This document shows positions 10,751 to 21,018 of a stretch of DNA of 64,000 nucleotides, in pieces; the stretch's first letter is position 1; every line of letters begins with the position of its first letter. A program made the position numbers and the translations under genes. The notes beneath the pieces were generated by a model that made no database searches, was not told where the DNA came from, and saw nothing but the letters and a program-made list of their open reading frames with translations. The DNA is from Candidatus Obscuribacterales bacterium (GTDB lineage Bacteria; Cyanobacteriota; Vampirovibrionia; Obscuribacterales; Obscuribacteraceae), in assembly GCA_965228855.1 (NCBI GenBank), contig CBDDIJ010000005.1:1184001-1248000 (forward strand). Direction: 5' to 3'.

Positions 10751-11590
10751 TTAGTGTTTCGCTCTGAAATCGATTGGCTGGAATTCGTACAGGTTTTCAG
10801 CAACGTATTTCGCGACGGAAGACATCATCGGATTCTTCACGTTTTGCATTTTCGTAACTTCATTTAGCTCGAGAACTCCATTCTTGTTTCCGTTAGCATC
10901 AAGCTGGTCGGCATAGACTTTATTGAATTCCTGAGCAAATCCGCCCATCAAATCCTTTTGACGAAGCTGTTCTGCGATCATGCTCCATGACTTTTGCCGC
11001 TCATCAGCCGTCTCAAGAGGGAAACGCTTGGAGACGTCAGCTAAAAACTTTAAGTAAGCGCTCTTATCGCCGCGTTCCAAATTGTTTTCCAGCCGTTTAA
11101 TAGAATCATTGGCATGGTCTTCCGGACTCGCCATCATTACGCGATCGGCATAGAACTTGCGTTCTCTTGCGTCTAAACTGTTGCGCTCGGCATCATTCTG
11201 GTCCGACCATCCTAGCTGAGCCGCGTCCTTGAAGTTCTTAGAAGACTCAGCGGCGAGCCCCTTCCAGACCATATCTTGGGCATTTCGTGCGATACCGTCT
11301 AATTCGTGCTTCTCAACCGTTCCATTTCTACCACCGATCAAGGCTCCATTCTCCAGCATCCACTCGGCCGCGACTTTCGGCAGAGTACCATTGTCTTCAA
11401 GCTTCGTGGAAATCAACATCCACATATCCTCTCTCTTCTGCGGATCTTCCGTAGTCTTGAGAAGTTGATGCGCTTCTTTGTTTAAAACATCATATGCACC
11501 TTTGAGATCGTTATGGTCGACTTTGTCTTTCACATCTTGTGCAATTTTCTCCGTAGTCAAAGGTTCACGATCGAATTCAGCGTTGGGCAT
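10751..11590 (-). CDS. Hypothetical protein with internal duplication and EF-hand-like loops
   Basis: 279-aa ORF with two similar halves (WMLISTKLED/WSMIAEQLRQ; GGRNGTVEKHEL/ANGNKNGVLELNEV). Confidence 0.6.
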   Translation of the reverse strand: MPNAEFDREPLTTEKIAQDVKDKVDHNDLKGAYDVLNKEAHQLLKTTEDPQKREDMWMLISTKLEDNGTLPKVAAEWMLENGALIGGRNGTVEKHELDGIARNAQDMVWKGLAAESSKNFKDAAQLGWSDQNDAERNSLDARERKFYADRVMMASPEDHANDSIKRLENNLERGDKSAYLKFLADVSKRFPLETADERQKSWSMIAEQLRQKDLMGGFAQEFNKVYADQLDANGNKNGVLELNEVTKMQNVKNPMMSSVAKYVAENLYEFQPIDFRAKH

Positions 11591-11715
11591 AGTCTTGGGC
11601 TCCGTGCGAGTGATGGTTGGCGATCACCTCAGGGGTGGATAGCAACATGATTGACCCGCTGCATAACATTGACGTAACATAACCCGGGATGGGGTTTTGG
11701 CGCTCATGGTGTTCC

Positions 11716-12387
11716 GTGTCCAAGATATTAATAGTCGAAGATGATCTGGAGATGGCAGGGGTCGTAAAGGACTCTCTGGCAGGCAATATGTTTACCGTCG
11801 AGATGGTGCACACCGCCGGCGATGCCACAGAATATCTAAAATCTGTCGACTACGATCTGATTATTTTGGACTGGGAACTTGGAGACCAGACCGGGCTGGA
11901 GGTTTGCAGGAACTACAGACAGAATGGCGGCTCGGCACCGATTCTGTTTTTGACAGGCAAGACAGAGATAGAAGATAAGATGGTCGGGCTGGATGCTGGC
12001 GGCGATGATTACCTGACGAAGCCATTTCATGCAGGAGAACTGATCGCGCGCGTCCGAGCACTGCTTAGACGCCCGTTGATAATAGATTATAAACCGCTTG
12101 CAATACGAGACCTGGAGTTGGATATCGTCAATCACACTGTGAAGAGAAATGGCGAGGAGATAAAGCTCTATCCAAAAGAATTTTTATTGTTAGAACTGTT
12201 TATGCGAAACCCTCAGCGTGTTTTCTCAGGTGACTACCTGCTCAGCAAAGTCTGGCCGACAGATTCGGAAGCCTCAATCGAGACGGTGCGTATGACTATG
12301 GTCCGATTGCGACAAAAGATAGAAGCTGACCAGAATAACCCGTTAATTCGCACCATCCGCGGTGTCGGCTACAGATTGGACCCGTGA
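11716..12387 (+). CDS. OmpR/PhoB-family response regulator
   Basis: [13 protein letters not shown] and DDYLTKPF receiver motifs; winged-helix LRQKIE...[11 protein letters not shown]. Start is GTG 11716 or ATG 11689. Confidence 0.93.
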   Translation: MSKILIVEDDLEMAGVVKDSLAGNMFTVEMVHTAGDATEYLKSVDYDLIILDWELGDQTGLEVCRNYRQNGGSAPILFLTGKTEIEDKMVGLDAGGDDYLTKPFHAGELIARVRALLRRPLIIDYKPLAIRDLELDIVNHTVKRNGEEIKLYPKEFLLLELFMRNPQRVFSGDYLLSKVWPTDSEASIETVRMTMVRLRQKIEADQNNPLIRTIRGVGYRLDP

Positions 12388-12391
12388 ATTC

Positions 12392-14251
12392 TCAAGCCTC
12401 AGGTAGGGAAAACCAGAAGGTACTACCTTTACCCTCTTCGCTTTTCACGCCAATTTTTCCACCGTGCTGTTCCACAAGAGACTTGCATATTGCCAGGCCA
12501 AGACCGAAACCGCCAGCTTTGCGGTCGCGCTGAGCATCGACTTGTTTGAATCGTTCGAAAATTGTCGCTTTCTTACTTTCCGGAATTCCGGTGCCCTCGT
12601 CGGCGACAGAGAATTCGGCTGATGTAAAACCTCTGTGCGCGATTATAGAAATGGTTCCGCCCTCGGGAGAATACTTGACGGCATTGGAAACGAGATTTGT
12701 TAGAACCTGAACGATGAACGACTTATCGCATTTGATCGTTCCATCCTCCGGAGTTATCTTTGTCTTTAGAACAATGCCCTTCTGTTCGCACAACTGATTG
12801 ACCGATTCGACCGCCCCCTGCACCAGCTCGGATATCCTTTCCTCTTCAATCCGAAGTTCCACACGTCCCTCATCAAGCTTCTCGACGGCTAGCAGCCTGT
12901 CTACCATCTCAAGCAAGCGTTGTGTGTTTCGCAGCGCGGTCGAGATTTTCTGAGAGAGCTCGTCAGAGAGGGCACCGTACTGCCCCTGTGAAGCTAGTTC
13001 GAGCACGACGCCTACGGTAGTCAGCGGCGTCCGGATATCGTGACTCGCCATTGAATAAAATTCTCTCTTCAGCTGTTCCAGTTTATAACGCTCGGTCTCG
13101 TCGATAACAGTAACGAGAACGTACTTGCCATAAGGACCTTCGCACTGCGTAGCAGTTGCAGCTACGGGTATGATCTCCTGGTCGGCCGAAAGAGCTTCTA
13201 GCTGGATCATTTTCTCTACGCCGGCCTTCAACAGCAGGGATAAAGTGGAGTCCTCTTGCTTAGCGGGTCTCATGAACAATTTGTCTAAAGACTGTCCAGC
13301 GATGGAGTCGTTATCGCAGGCAAACAATCGTTCTGCGCTGGTGTTGATTGACTCGACCACACCGCTTTCGGAAGTGACAAGAAGTGCTGCTGGAATAGAT
13401 TCCAACATAATCTCGAGCTGCTCCTTCCCTTCTTGCAACTGCTCGGTCATCGCCCTTTCTCTGATGCGCAAGGCAGTTATGGTCTCGGCCATATCGTGAA
13501 AAACTTTATCGAGATCTCCAAATTCGTCGCCTGCGTTCAACCGCTCCAGCAAAGGCTCTCCCGCCCCGAAGCGAACAGTATTTTCTTTAAGCACATTCAA
13601 CTTGCGCACTGTTCCAAGCACGAAAAGTGACGCAAAAGTCATCGCAAGGATTGTGTTTAGTGCCACTGAGATATTGGTTGTCTGCGCGACGCTTGAAACG
13701 AAACCTTCTTGAGGAACCTCAGCAGCCGTCACTTCTTGCTGCGCCTTTTTACCAATGTCTCGGAATAGAAGGAAAAGGCTTCGAGCGGATTCCCGCAGCC
13801 TGACGTTTTCTTCCAGCCCCTGAAAAATTGATGTCACCTCAGAATCAGGGTCGGGATTAAACTGCGACCTGGCCAGATCTGAGAGAAAACGCTTCGAGTG
13901 CTGGCGCAACGTATTCGCGCCGACGTGGTCACCTGTCTTAACTTCTATAATGTCTGCAAGTTCGGCTGTTTGCTTCTTTATCTTTGCGTGATACTGATGA
14001 TAGTACTTATCGGTTCCAGGAGTGCCATACATTTTGTATTGCATCAGCGACTGAAAACCGAAAAAGGTATTGAGAAAAACCTCGTTAATTTTATTGACTA
14101 TGTCACGGCGCACAGTGAGTTTGCGAGCAGTTTTCTGTAGCTCGGACGTCTGCTTGGTCAGGTGCGCAAATATGACAAACTGGACCGCCACCGGGAGCGC
14201 CACCATGAGCATGACGAGCGGATAAAGTTTTAACTGGGGGAACCTGGCCAT
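12392..14251 (-). CDS. Sensor histidine kinase (TM-HAMP-PAS-HisKA-HATPase)
   Basis: [10 protein letters not shown]-box, [11 protein letters not shown]-box, DEGTGI and GFGLGLAI G-boxes, two TM segments. Convergent with the regulator. Confidence 0.93.
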   Translation of the reverse strand: MARFPQLKLYPLVMLMVALPVAVQFVIFAHLTKQTSELQKTARKLTVRRDIVNKINEVFLNTFFGFQSLMQYKMYGTPGTDKYYHQYHAKIKKQTAELADIIEVKTGDHVGANTLRQHSKRFLSDLARSQFNPDPDSEVTSIFQGLEENVRLRESARSLFLLFRDIGKKAQQEVTAAEVPQEGFVSSVAQTTNISVALNTILAMTFASLFVLGTVRKLNVLKENTVRFGAGEPLLERLNAGDEFGDLDKVFHDMAETITALRIRERAMTEQLQEGKEQLEIMLESIPAALLVTSESGVVESINTSAERLFACDNDSIAGQSLDKLFMRPAKQEDSTLSLLLKAGVEKMIQLEALSADQEIIPVAATATQCEGPYGKYVLVTVIDETERYKLEQLKREFYSMASHDIRTPLTTVGVVLELASQGQYGALSDELSQKISTALRNTQRLLEMVDRLLAVEKLDEGRVELRIEEERISELVQGAVESVNQLCEQKGIVLKTKITPEDGTIKCDKSFIVQVLTNLVSNAVKYSPEGGTISIIAHRGFTSAEFSVADEGTGIPESKKATIFERFKQVDAQRDRKAGGFGLGLAICKSLVEQHGGKIGVKSEEGKGSTFWFSLPEA

Positions 14252-14650
14252 AGTTGCTCGCCGGAAGACAGATCTCAATTATAGAGCAGCCGGCTAGTGT
14301 AGTGCTATCCGACTCAGGCGCAAGTCTCAATTATTCCGCACAGACCTGAGATAAAACATTCAAGTTTCCAGAAAGCAAGGCGTAGAATCGCCAATTCTCG
14401 TTAACGGTTTCCAGATACTTCAGCACCAGATGTGGTGACCCGTTAGCAGCCGCAGATGATGCAATATATTCCAAGACATCTATTCCCTTTTGAATTGACC
14501 AGCGTCCTGTCAGTGCTTCAGAAACAGCTACAGCAGTGAGCGCATCAGAGCGATTTGCTTATTCTCAAGCGTACTTGGGTATTAAGTCAGAACTATGCAT
14601 GCGATTCGGTTTAAGCAAGCATTTTATCGTTGCTGAGGTTGGGAGGAACT

Positions 14651-15895
14651 ATGATTCGAATTATGCGACTGCTCGTGCTCGTCTGGTTCGGACTGGTTGT
14701 ATCGTGCGTCTCAGCATTTTGTGCTGACGGAGCTCAGGCGGTCGCGCTGTTCAAGCAGGGGAAATACAAGGAATCGCTGCCTCTTTTTGAGAAGATTGTC
14801 AGAGAGAAACCGAATGACGTCAACGCTATCTACTATTACGCCGTCGCCTTGCATCGGTCCGGCAAAGTCGTGGAGGCGAAACTGAAGTACTATGACCTCA
14901 TGACCAGATTTCCAGCCACTCCCGCCGGACAGCAGGCTGTCAAAATTCTGTTTCCATCAGGTGCTCGAACCGCTGCGTCGTCGCACGGCTCGCGGCAATC
15001 CGGTTCTCAGGAGCAACGAGCTGGCTTCGCATCAATCAGACACGGTCGCGAAACTGAATCGTCGGACTATTCTTCACTGCCCCATGAAGCGAGAGTCTAC
15101 TTCAAGAGGGAAGGAAATTCTTTGTTCGTCGATGCCCAGGTCAACAATCGCCCAATCACAATGGTATTTGATACAGGCGCAGAAATGTGCGCATTCGGGA
15201 AAAATCACCTGCGGGAACTCGGAATTCAGCCTCCGCAGGGGGCTCCGACAGGAATGGCGTCCGGTGTAGGCGACGGGGGTCTCATAGGGACCTGGACCAT
15301 GAGAGCGGACATCAAGCTGGGCGGGATTCTCAGGAAGAACATGCCGATCAGCGTCCAGGAAAATCTACCTGGCTCGCCCCTTCTCGGGCAGACGTTTTTC
15401 AAAGACTTTCGATACACAATCGATAATGGAGCCAATTCAATTCACTTCGTTATCAAACAACCTGCGACGGCCGTTGCTACAGCAACCAGAGGCTACTCTC
15501 CGAACGCAGCAATGGCAGACAGATACGCCGTGCCGTTTACTCTAGAAGGCAACGAAATGATCGTGACTGCGGAAGTCAACGGAAGAGCAATCCCGATGAT
15601 CTTCGACACAGGCGCGTCGACTACGGTCTTCACCATGAGTCACATCAAACAATTAGGTCTCAATTACAATGAGGACGAAACGGAAGCAGAGCGCCACGTT
15701 GGTATCGCCGGTGAAACCGCCGGTTTTAGCTTTCCAGTTTCAAGAATGCGCCTCGGTCCCATTGAGAAATCGAATTTCAGAATCAGCGTCACGCAAGGAA
15801 TGAACGGTCATCCGCTTCTAGGTCAAACATTCTACGGCGACTGGCAGTACAGCATCGACAACGCGAATAAGGTAATTCACTTCTTGCGCCGGTAG
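14651..15895 (+). CDS. Secreted TPR protein with two retropepsin-like aspartic protease domains
   Basis: Signal peptide, TPR-like helices, two FDTGA motifs each followed by PLLGQTF. GGAGG RBS. Confidence 0.85.
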   Translation: MIRIMRLLVLVWFGLVVSCVSAFCADGAQAVALFKQGKYKESLPLFEKIVREKPNDVNAIYYYAVALHRSGKVVEAKLKYYDLMTRFPATPAGQQAVKILFPSGARTAASSHGSRQSGSQEQRAGFASIRHGRETESSDYSSLPHEARVYFKREGNSLFVDAQVNNRPITMVFDTGAEMCAFGKNHLRELGIQPPQGAPTGMASGVGDGGLIGTWTMRADIKLGGILRKNMPISVQENLPGSPLLGQTFFKDFRYTIDNGANSIHFVIKQPATAVATATRGYSPNAAMADRYAVPFTLEGNEMIVTAEVNGRAIPMIFDTGASTTVFTMSHIKQLGLNYNEDETEAERHVGIAGETAGFSFPVSRMRLGPIEKSNFRISVTQGMNGHPLLGQTFYGDWQYSIDNANKVIHFLRR

Positions 15896-15942
15896 ACCCA
15901 ACCACTGAAAAAGCTATTCAAAACGCAGGCATAGCAGCACCA

Positions 15943-18735
15943 TTAATTGGAAGTCTTGGCTTTCCTGGCAGCCTCAGCGACTTGCTCTCGCTGAACAGCT
16001 TCACGTTTTGCAGTAGCCTTAGCGAGTCGTTCTTTAACGAGCGCCGCTTCAACTGAGCGATTCAATCCGGTCAAAAACACATAACGCTCCTGCAGCAAGC
16101 CCTCAAGCACGAAAATAGAGGAGTATGGACCTTCCATCTGCTTGAGTCCTTCGGCGTTTGCGAGCAATGCGCGTTCGTATTCGTTCAGAGAGAAAAGCGA
16201 AGCGGCATACTGGCAAAGAGCCGCTGCAAGAGACTGACAACTCTCGTCTGATGGCTCTCTCCGCACCATCTGTCGAAGCTCAGCAACGGCAGCCTCGAAG
16301 ATCGGCAACGACTGTTTGAACTGATTCAAACATCGAAGACTGTCGGCATATTGGGAGCGTGCTGAAGCTTGCCGAACCAGAGAGACAGTTTTTATATCCA
16401 TAAGTCGACGCGCCCACGATTTCGCCTTTTCAAACTGTTGCTCTCGCGAATAATTACCAATAATCACTTTCATGCAATCGTAGGCGGTGAGACTATCTTC
16501 AGCTGAGTCCGAGCGCACGGCAAGCCACTTCTTCAGAACCGCTTCAGCGCCTTCAAACTTACCGACGGAACAGTAGTATCCGAAAAGCTGATTGAAACCG
16601 ACCCTCCGTAGGTTCGAATCAGGCATCGCCTGTGACATCTTAAACGCATTTGTAAAGTATTTTTCGGCCGCCGTCCTATTGCCGAGTCTGAATTCAAGCG
16701 CCCCACAGCTAAACATTAGCTGACATCTGAACTGCTCTTTAGCAGGACCTCCTCCACCGTGTTCCAGAATATTCAGCATCAAGGTCTGCAAGGAGAGGGC
16801 TTTACGAACATCATCCGATTTTCGTGCGCGGTCAGCAGCTCTACTGAATGTACTAAATATCTGCGGCGATGATAAGAACTTGCACGTTGGATGTTCCTGT
16901 GCGAATTTTGTCATTGCATCAAATGAAATCAATTTCGATGGAAATGTCAGTGTGACATCGTACAACCTGGGAAGATCTACCAGCTTTGCCAGACCCGCAA
17001 TGGTGACCTCCGTGGCTCCCAAACTCAGCTGCTCAAGTTTTTTAAACTTCCGAATCGTAGCGACAGTCTTATCACTGATACCGGTGTCCTCCAAGTTCAA
17101 GTGCTGAAGCTGTTCTACATCCTTGAGCTGCTCGAGGGAAGTAACGAGAGTTCCATTCAATTTTAGAGAACGAAGATTCTTCAATCCAGAAAGATACATC
17201 AGACCTTCGTTTCCGATTGGCATTGATGAAGCATCAATATCTTCTAGACTCTGACAATTCTGAAAAACACTCATGTCCTCGTCGAGCAAAGGTCCGTATA
17301 CGAAGATTTTGACCTCTTTCAATCCGCCAAGTATCTCGCTCTTCAATCTCGCGACCGTGCGCTTGCGATTCTCAGGAGTTGCTTCATTCCGGTTTGCTTG
17401 GCGAGCCTCTTCCAAGGTAGTCGGCCATTTTTCACCGCCGGCAGTGAAGAGGCCTAGTTTGCCATTGCCCGAGCCACCGTTCGCTGACAATGGCAACGCG
17501 ACACCTTTTTCCATGTCCTCACCCAAGCCAGACTTCGTCAATTTCGCCAAAGTCTTATCAATTTTGTCGCCATGAAGTTCGGGATCCGCTAGCGTATCAG
17601 AGAGCGACTCGAATCTTAGTGGCTTAGTCTTTTCTGGCTTTGGTTCTGACACAAACATTGCCACAGAGACACCAGCCACCACCAGCAGTATCACAGATAC
17701 AACTCCGACTGTAACCTTGCCGGATTTTAGCGACTCAAATGGAATCAACCTGATGTACCCGAACTCTGCGGCATCTTTATCCGCAGGATGAATTGTCCCG
17801 TCCTGGACAGACGACTGATTCGCAAGACCTTCAATTGTCTCAATCTCTGCATCAAGAAGCTGAGCTACTTCCGCAGCGCTTGTAATTCGATCCTCCGGAT
17901 TTTTTGCTATGAGCTGGTCGATTATGCTTAAAACCCCACTGCTAAACTGTTCCCGCAGCAATGATCTTAGTGGTCGAGGCTTAGCATTCTGATGCAACAA
18001 GAGCGTTTCCACAGCATTCTTGCCAACGAAAGGTGGTTGCCCCGCAATTGCCTCATACATCACGCAGCCGAGAGCATAAAGATCAGATCGCGCAGTTGCC
18101 GGCTCCCCGCGACTCTGCTCTGGACTCATATAAAGGGGCGTCCCCGTAAGGGCTGTTGTGGTTCGCTGCTCCACACCGCCGGCAGTGGCACCGACGTTTT
18201 TGGCTAGTCCGAAATCAACGACTTTAGTATCAAACGAGCCATCTTCGCGCTCAACGATCATGATGTTTCCGGGTTTAATATCGCGATGAATAATGCCGTT
18301 ACGGTGAGCGCATTCGAGCGCGTCGGCCACGTCTGCAAAAATCGAGAGAAACAGATCAATCGGCAGCGGTCCCGCTTCTAACACCTCTGCAAGCGTCTCT
18401 CCTTCAATGAACTCGATTGCCATGTACGGCACTCCGTCAGCCGATAGACCGAAATCGTAAACCGTGGCGATACTGGGATGAATCAAGCGCGAAGCGGTTT
18501 TCGCCTCATTTTGAAAACGAACGAGTAAATTGTCTTCACGAGCGTGAGCATGCAAAACCTTTAGCGCAAGCGTCTTGTCCAGGTTCATATCACGGACTTT
18601 GTAAACCTGCCCCATACCACCGGCGCCCAGACAAGAAAGCACTTCGAAGCGCCCGAAGACCTTTTGACCGACCTCGAATACTTCTTCGCCGCTTCCGGCA
18701 GAAGGTAACTTATCGTTGTTTAAATCAGCGCTCAT
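15943..18735 (-). CDS. Ser/Thr protein kinase with TM, leucine-rich repeats and TPR-like C-terminus
   Basis: LGAGGMGQVY, ALK, HRDIKPGN, DFG and GTPLYMSPEQ motifs. TM near residue 345, followed by LxxLxL repeats. Confidence 0.92.
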   Translation of the reverse strand: MSADLNNDKLPSAGSGEEVFEVGQKVFGRFEVLSCLGAGGMGQVYKVRDMNLDKTLALKVLHAHAREDNLLVRFQNEAKTASRLIHPSIATVYDFGLSADGVPYMAIEFIEGETLAEVLEAGPLPIDLFLSIFADVADALECAHRNGIIHRDIKPGNIMIVEREDGSFDTKVVDFGLAKNVGATAGGVEQRTTTALTGTPLYMSPEQSRGEPATARSDLYALGCVMYEAIAGQPPFVGKNAVETLLLHQNAKPRPLRSLLREQFSSGVLSIIDQLIAKNPEDRITSAAEVAQLLDAEIETIEGLANQSSVQDGTIHPADKDAAEFGYIRLIPFESLKSGKVTVGVVSVILLVVAGVSVAMFVSEPKPEKTKPLRFESLSDTLADPELHGDKIDKTLAKLTKSGLGEDMEKGVALPLSANGGSGNGKLGLFTAGGEKWPTTLEEARQANRNEATPENRKRTVARLKSEILGGLKEVKIFVYGPLLDEDMSVFQNCQSLEDIDASSMPIGNEGLMYLSGLKNLRSLKLNGTLVTSLEQLKDVEQLQHLNLEDTGISDKTVATIRKFKKLEQLSLGATEVTIAGLAKLVDLPRLYDVTLTFPSKLISFDAMTKFAQEHPTCKFLSSPQIFSTFSRAADRARKSDDVRKALSLQTLMLNILEHGGGGPAKEQFRCQLMFSCGALEFRLGNRTAAEKYFTNAFKMSQAMPDSNLRRVGFNQLFGYYCSVGKFEGAEAVLKKWLAVRSDSAEDSLTAYDCMKVIIGNYSREQQFEKAKSWARRLMDIKTVSLVRQASARSQYADSLRCLNQFKQSLPIFEAAVAELRQMVRREPSDESCQSLAAALCQYAASLFSLNEYERALLANAEGLKQMEGPYSSIFVLEGLLQERYVFLTGLNRSVEAALVKERLAKATAKREAVQREQVAEAARKAKTSN

Positions 18736-18887
18736 TTAAGCGTCGCGCTATCCTCAACCAGTTGCGATTTCGGACTAATTCAATGGGTTACCTTAACTGC
18801 CAATCATTGTAGTGATCGAATTATGACATATACTTGACTAGCAATTCGACAAGCGTCTAAATAACGCGATTGCGGCTCTTAGGAACC

Positions 18888-20207
18888 ATGAACAAACTGG
18901 AAAGTCCAACCCTAACTGAAGCGGCGCCAAACACCTCAGGCGCTCAGCTTGTGGCTACCAAAAGCGACGCAGAGCCCGGTGGCGGCTCAGCTACAACGAG
19001 AATTTCGACGCCGGAGAATACCTCGCAAGAGGATTCAGCCCTTAGTAACGAAACCCAAGTCCCACACGCTGCTCATCGAGGAGACATAAAGGCGCTTACG
19101 GCCCTGCGCTTCTTTGGCGTTTTCTGGGTTGTTATCGACCACTCCCAAGGCGCTTTTGGTTGGCTTGCAAAAGCCTGGGAAGGTGTTGCCCTCTGTCAGG
19201 CAGTGACTTTCTTTTTCGTCTTATCCGGTTTCGTTCTCACGTATAACTACTACAATCTTCACGAGCCGAAGAAGATAATTTCGTTTTACATAGGCCGATG
19301 GGCGAGACTTTGGCCCATTCACATGATCGGCATTGCGCTTCTGATTGGCTTGATGCCTGGAATTTTCAAACCAACGAAAGACTTGATGCCGATGTTCATC
19401 GCAAACGTTGCATTGATGCAATCGGCGATTCCAATTTTGAAGTATTTCTACTCGTACAACGCTCCGTCATGGAGCGCGTCTACGCTCATCATCTTGTACA
19501 CAGCATTTCCGGCACTGCTGGTGCTGCTGAGAAGAAGTTGGTTGGCACTTGCCGCGGTCACCACATGCGGTATCGTTGGCTCCATAGCGCTCGCCAATTA
19601 TTTAAACGTTCCCGAAGCCGATCCACTAGCTGTTTCTTCACTGGGATTGCTGTATGTCAGTCCTGTTTCAAGACTTTTCGACTTTGCGACAGGCATGCTC
19701 GCCGCAGTTGCTTATCGCAACTATTTGCGGTTTAAACACATCGGCGTCGTGCCAGGCACAATGCTTGAGATTGGAACACTCGCCGCCGTTTCATTCATAG
19801 CGGCAAATAGTTTCAAATGGCGCTACGCGTGCATCGACTGGGCGGGCCCACACGCTTCGTACTGGCTGCAGAACTGCGGATTCGCACTTGCTGGATGCCT
19901 TTTGCTGGTGGCAGTGTTCTCGATTGAGGCCGGTCTATTGTCGAAAGCGTTCCGCCACAAAGTCTGGTTCTTCCTTGGCGAAATCAGCTTCTGCATGTAT
20001 GTCTTGCATACGGTTTTTCTCGTCTACGGCAAGCAGGTCTTACACATGGACGAATCGCCCGCAACCTTCATTGCGTACATCGCGATTCTGATGGTGAGCG
20101 CCTATGTGATGTACAGATTTGTGGAACAACCAAGCCGAGATTTTGCGCGCAACTTTACGCGCAAACACATCTACCGAAGTGAAACGCTTTCAAAAGGCGA
20201 AGGATAA
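18888..20207 (+). CDS. Acyltransferase-3 (OafA/YrhL family) membrane O-acyltransferase
   Basis: LTALRF...DH, AVTFFFVLSGFVL, RWARLWP, LGEISFCMYVLH and VEQP motifs. Confidence 0.9.
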   Translation: MNKLESPTLTEAAPNTSGAQLVATKSDAEPGGGSATTRISTPENTSQEDSALSNETQVPHAAHRGDIKALTALRFFGVFWVVIDHSQGAFGWLAKAWEGVALCQAVTFFFVLSGFVLTYNYYNLHEPKKIISFYIGRWARLWPIHMIGIALLIGLMPGIFKPTKDLMPMFIANVALMQSAIPILKYFYSYNAPSWSASTLIILYTAFPALLVLLRRSWLALAAVTTCGIVGSIALANYLNVPEADPLAVSSLGLLYVSPVSRLFDFATGMLAAVAYRNYLRFKHIGVVPGTMLEIGTLAAVSFIAANSFKWRYACIDWAGPHASYWLQNCGFALAGCLLLVAVFSIEAGLLSKAFRHKVWFFLGEISFCMYVLHTVFLVYGKQVLHMDESPATFIAYIAILMVSAYVMYRFVEQPSRDFARNFTRKHIYRSETLSKGEG

Positions 20208-20286
20208 CCGCATAAACACGTCGAAAACCAGAGCCGTGTCTACACACGACGGTCACGAGCATTGAAACACCAAACCAGACGCGCTC

Positions 20287-20745
20287 CTAATATGGTGGCA
20301 TCATCGTGGGGCATTCTTTGACTTTTGCAGCGATCGAAGCATGTTCGTCCATAAATGTTGGTCCGAACTCCGCTGCCGGAATTAGCACGCGCTCTTGCTC
20401 ATGCGCAGCAACAGCTTGATCCGCCCAGGCGTCATAAGGGAACATCGAAGGGTTATGTTTGCGATACCAAACTTCCAAACCTTCCGGCTTCCAAACTAGC
20501 ACCACAGGTAGTGGCTGCTCTTCCTCATACTTCGATTTAAAATTGGTCAAAACTGACTTCTGCAGCTTGACAGTCACACCACCTGGAAACACTTTCACTT
20601 CATGGTTCGCCAGGTGATCGACGATTTCCGGAGTTCCCTTCGCGACCGCGACGAGAACACTGTCACCCTGCTTGCACCAGGGTTGCGTTTTCAAATATTC
20701 AATCAAGGATTCCGCTGATACCGCTGCGCCTTCAGTTTCTGACAT
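20287..20745 (-). CDS. Hypothetical protein
   Basis: 152-aa ORF filling an intergenic gap; no family recognised. Confidence 0.65.
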   Translation of the reverse strand: MSETEGAAVSAESLIEYLKTQPWCKQGDSVLVAVAKGTPEIVDHLANHEVKVFPGGVTVKLQKSVLTNFKSKYEEEQPLPVVLVWKPEGLEVWYRKHNPSMFPYDAWADQAVAAHEQERVLIPAAEFGPTFMDEHASIAAKVKECPTMMPPY

Positions 20746-21018
20746 AGTGTTGACTCTTTGACTCTTGACGACGAACCGAACTCAAACTTATTGCAGTTTA
20801 CTCTCCTGACCACCGGTCTTCCTTAAATACGAGCTGTCAGGGTGCGAGAGGTTCTAGAAGGGGTCTGATAAAGAGATTTGGGCGCAGTTTTGGCTCTGAA
20901 AGGTTTATATTCGGAGCCTCGTGGAACATCTAATTGTGATTAGGAGTGGTGTTGAGCACTTTGGTGACCACTCTTCGATGCCGGAGCGATTTCCGTCGGG
21001 AAATCAGGAAAGGACCGT

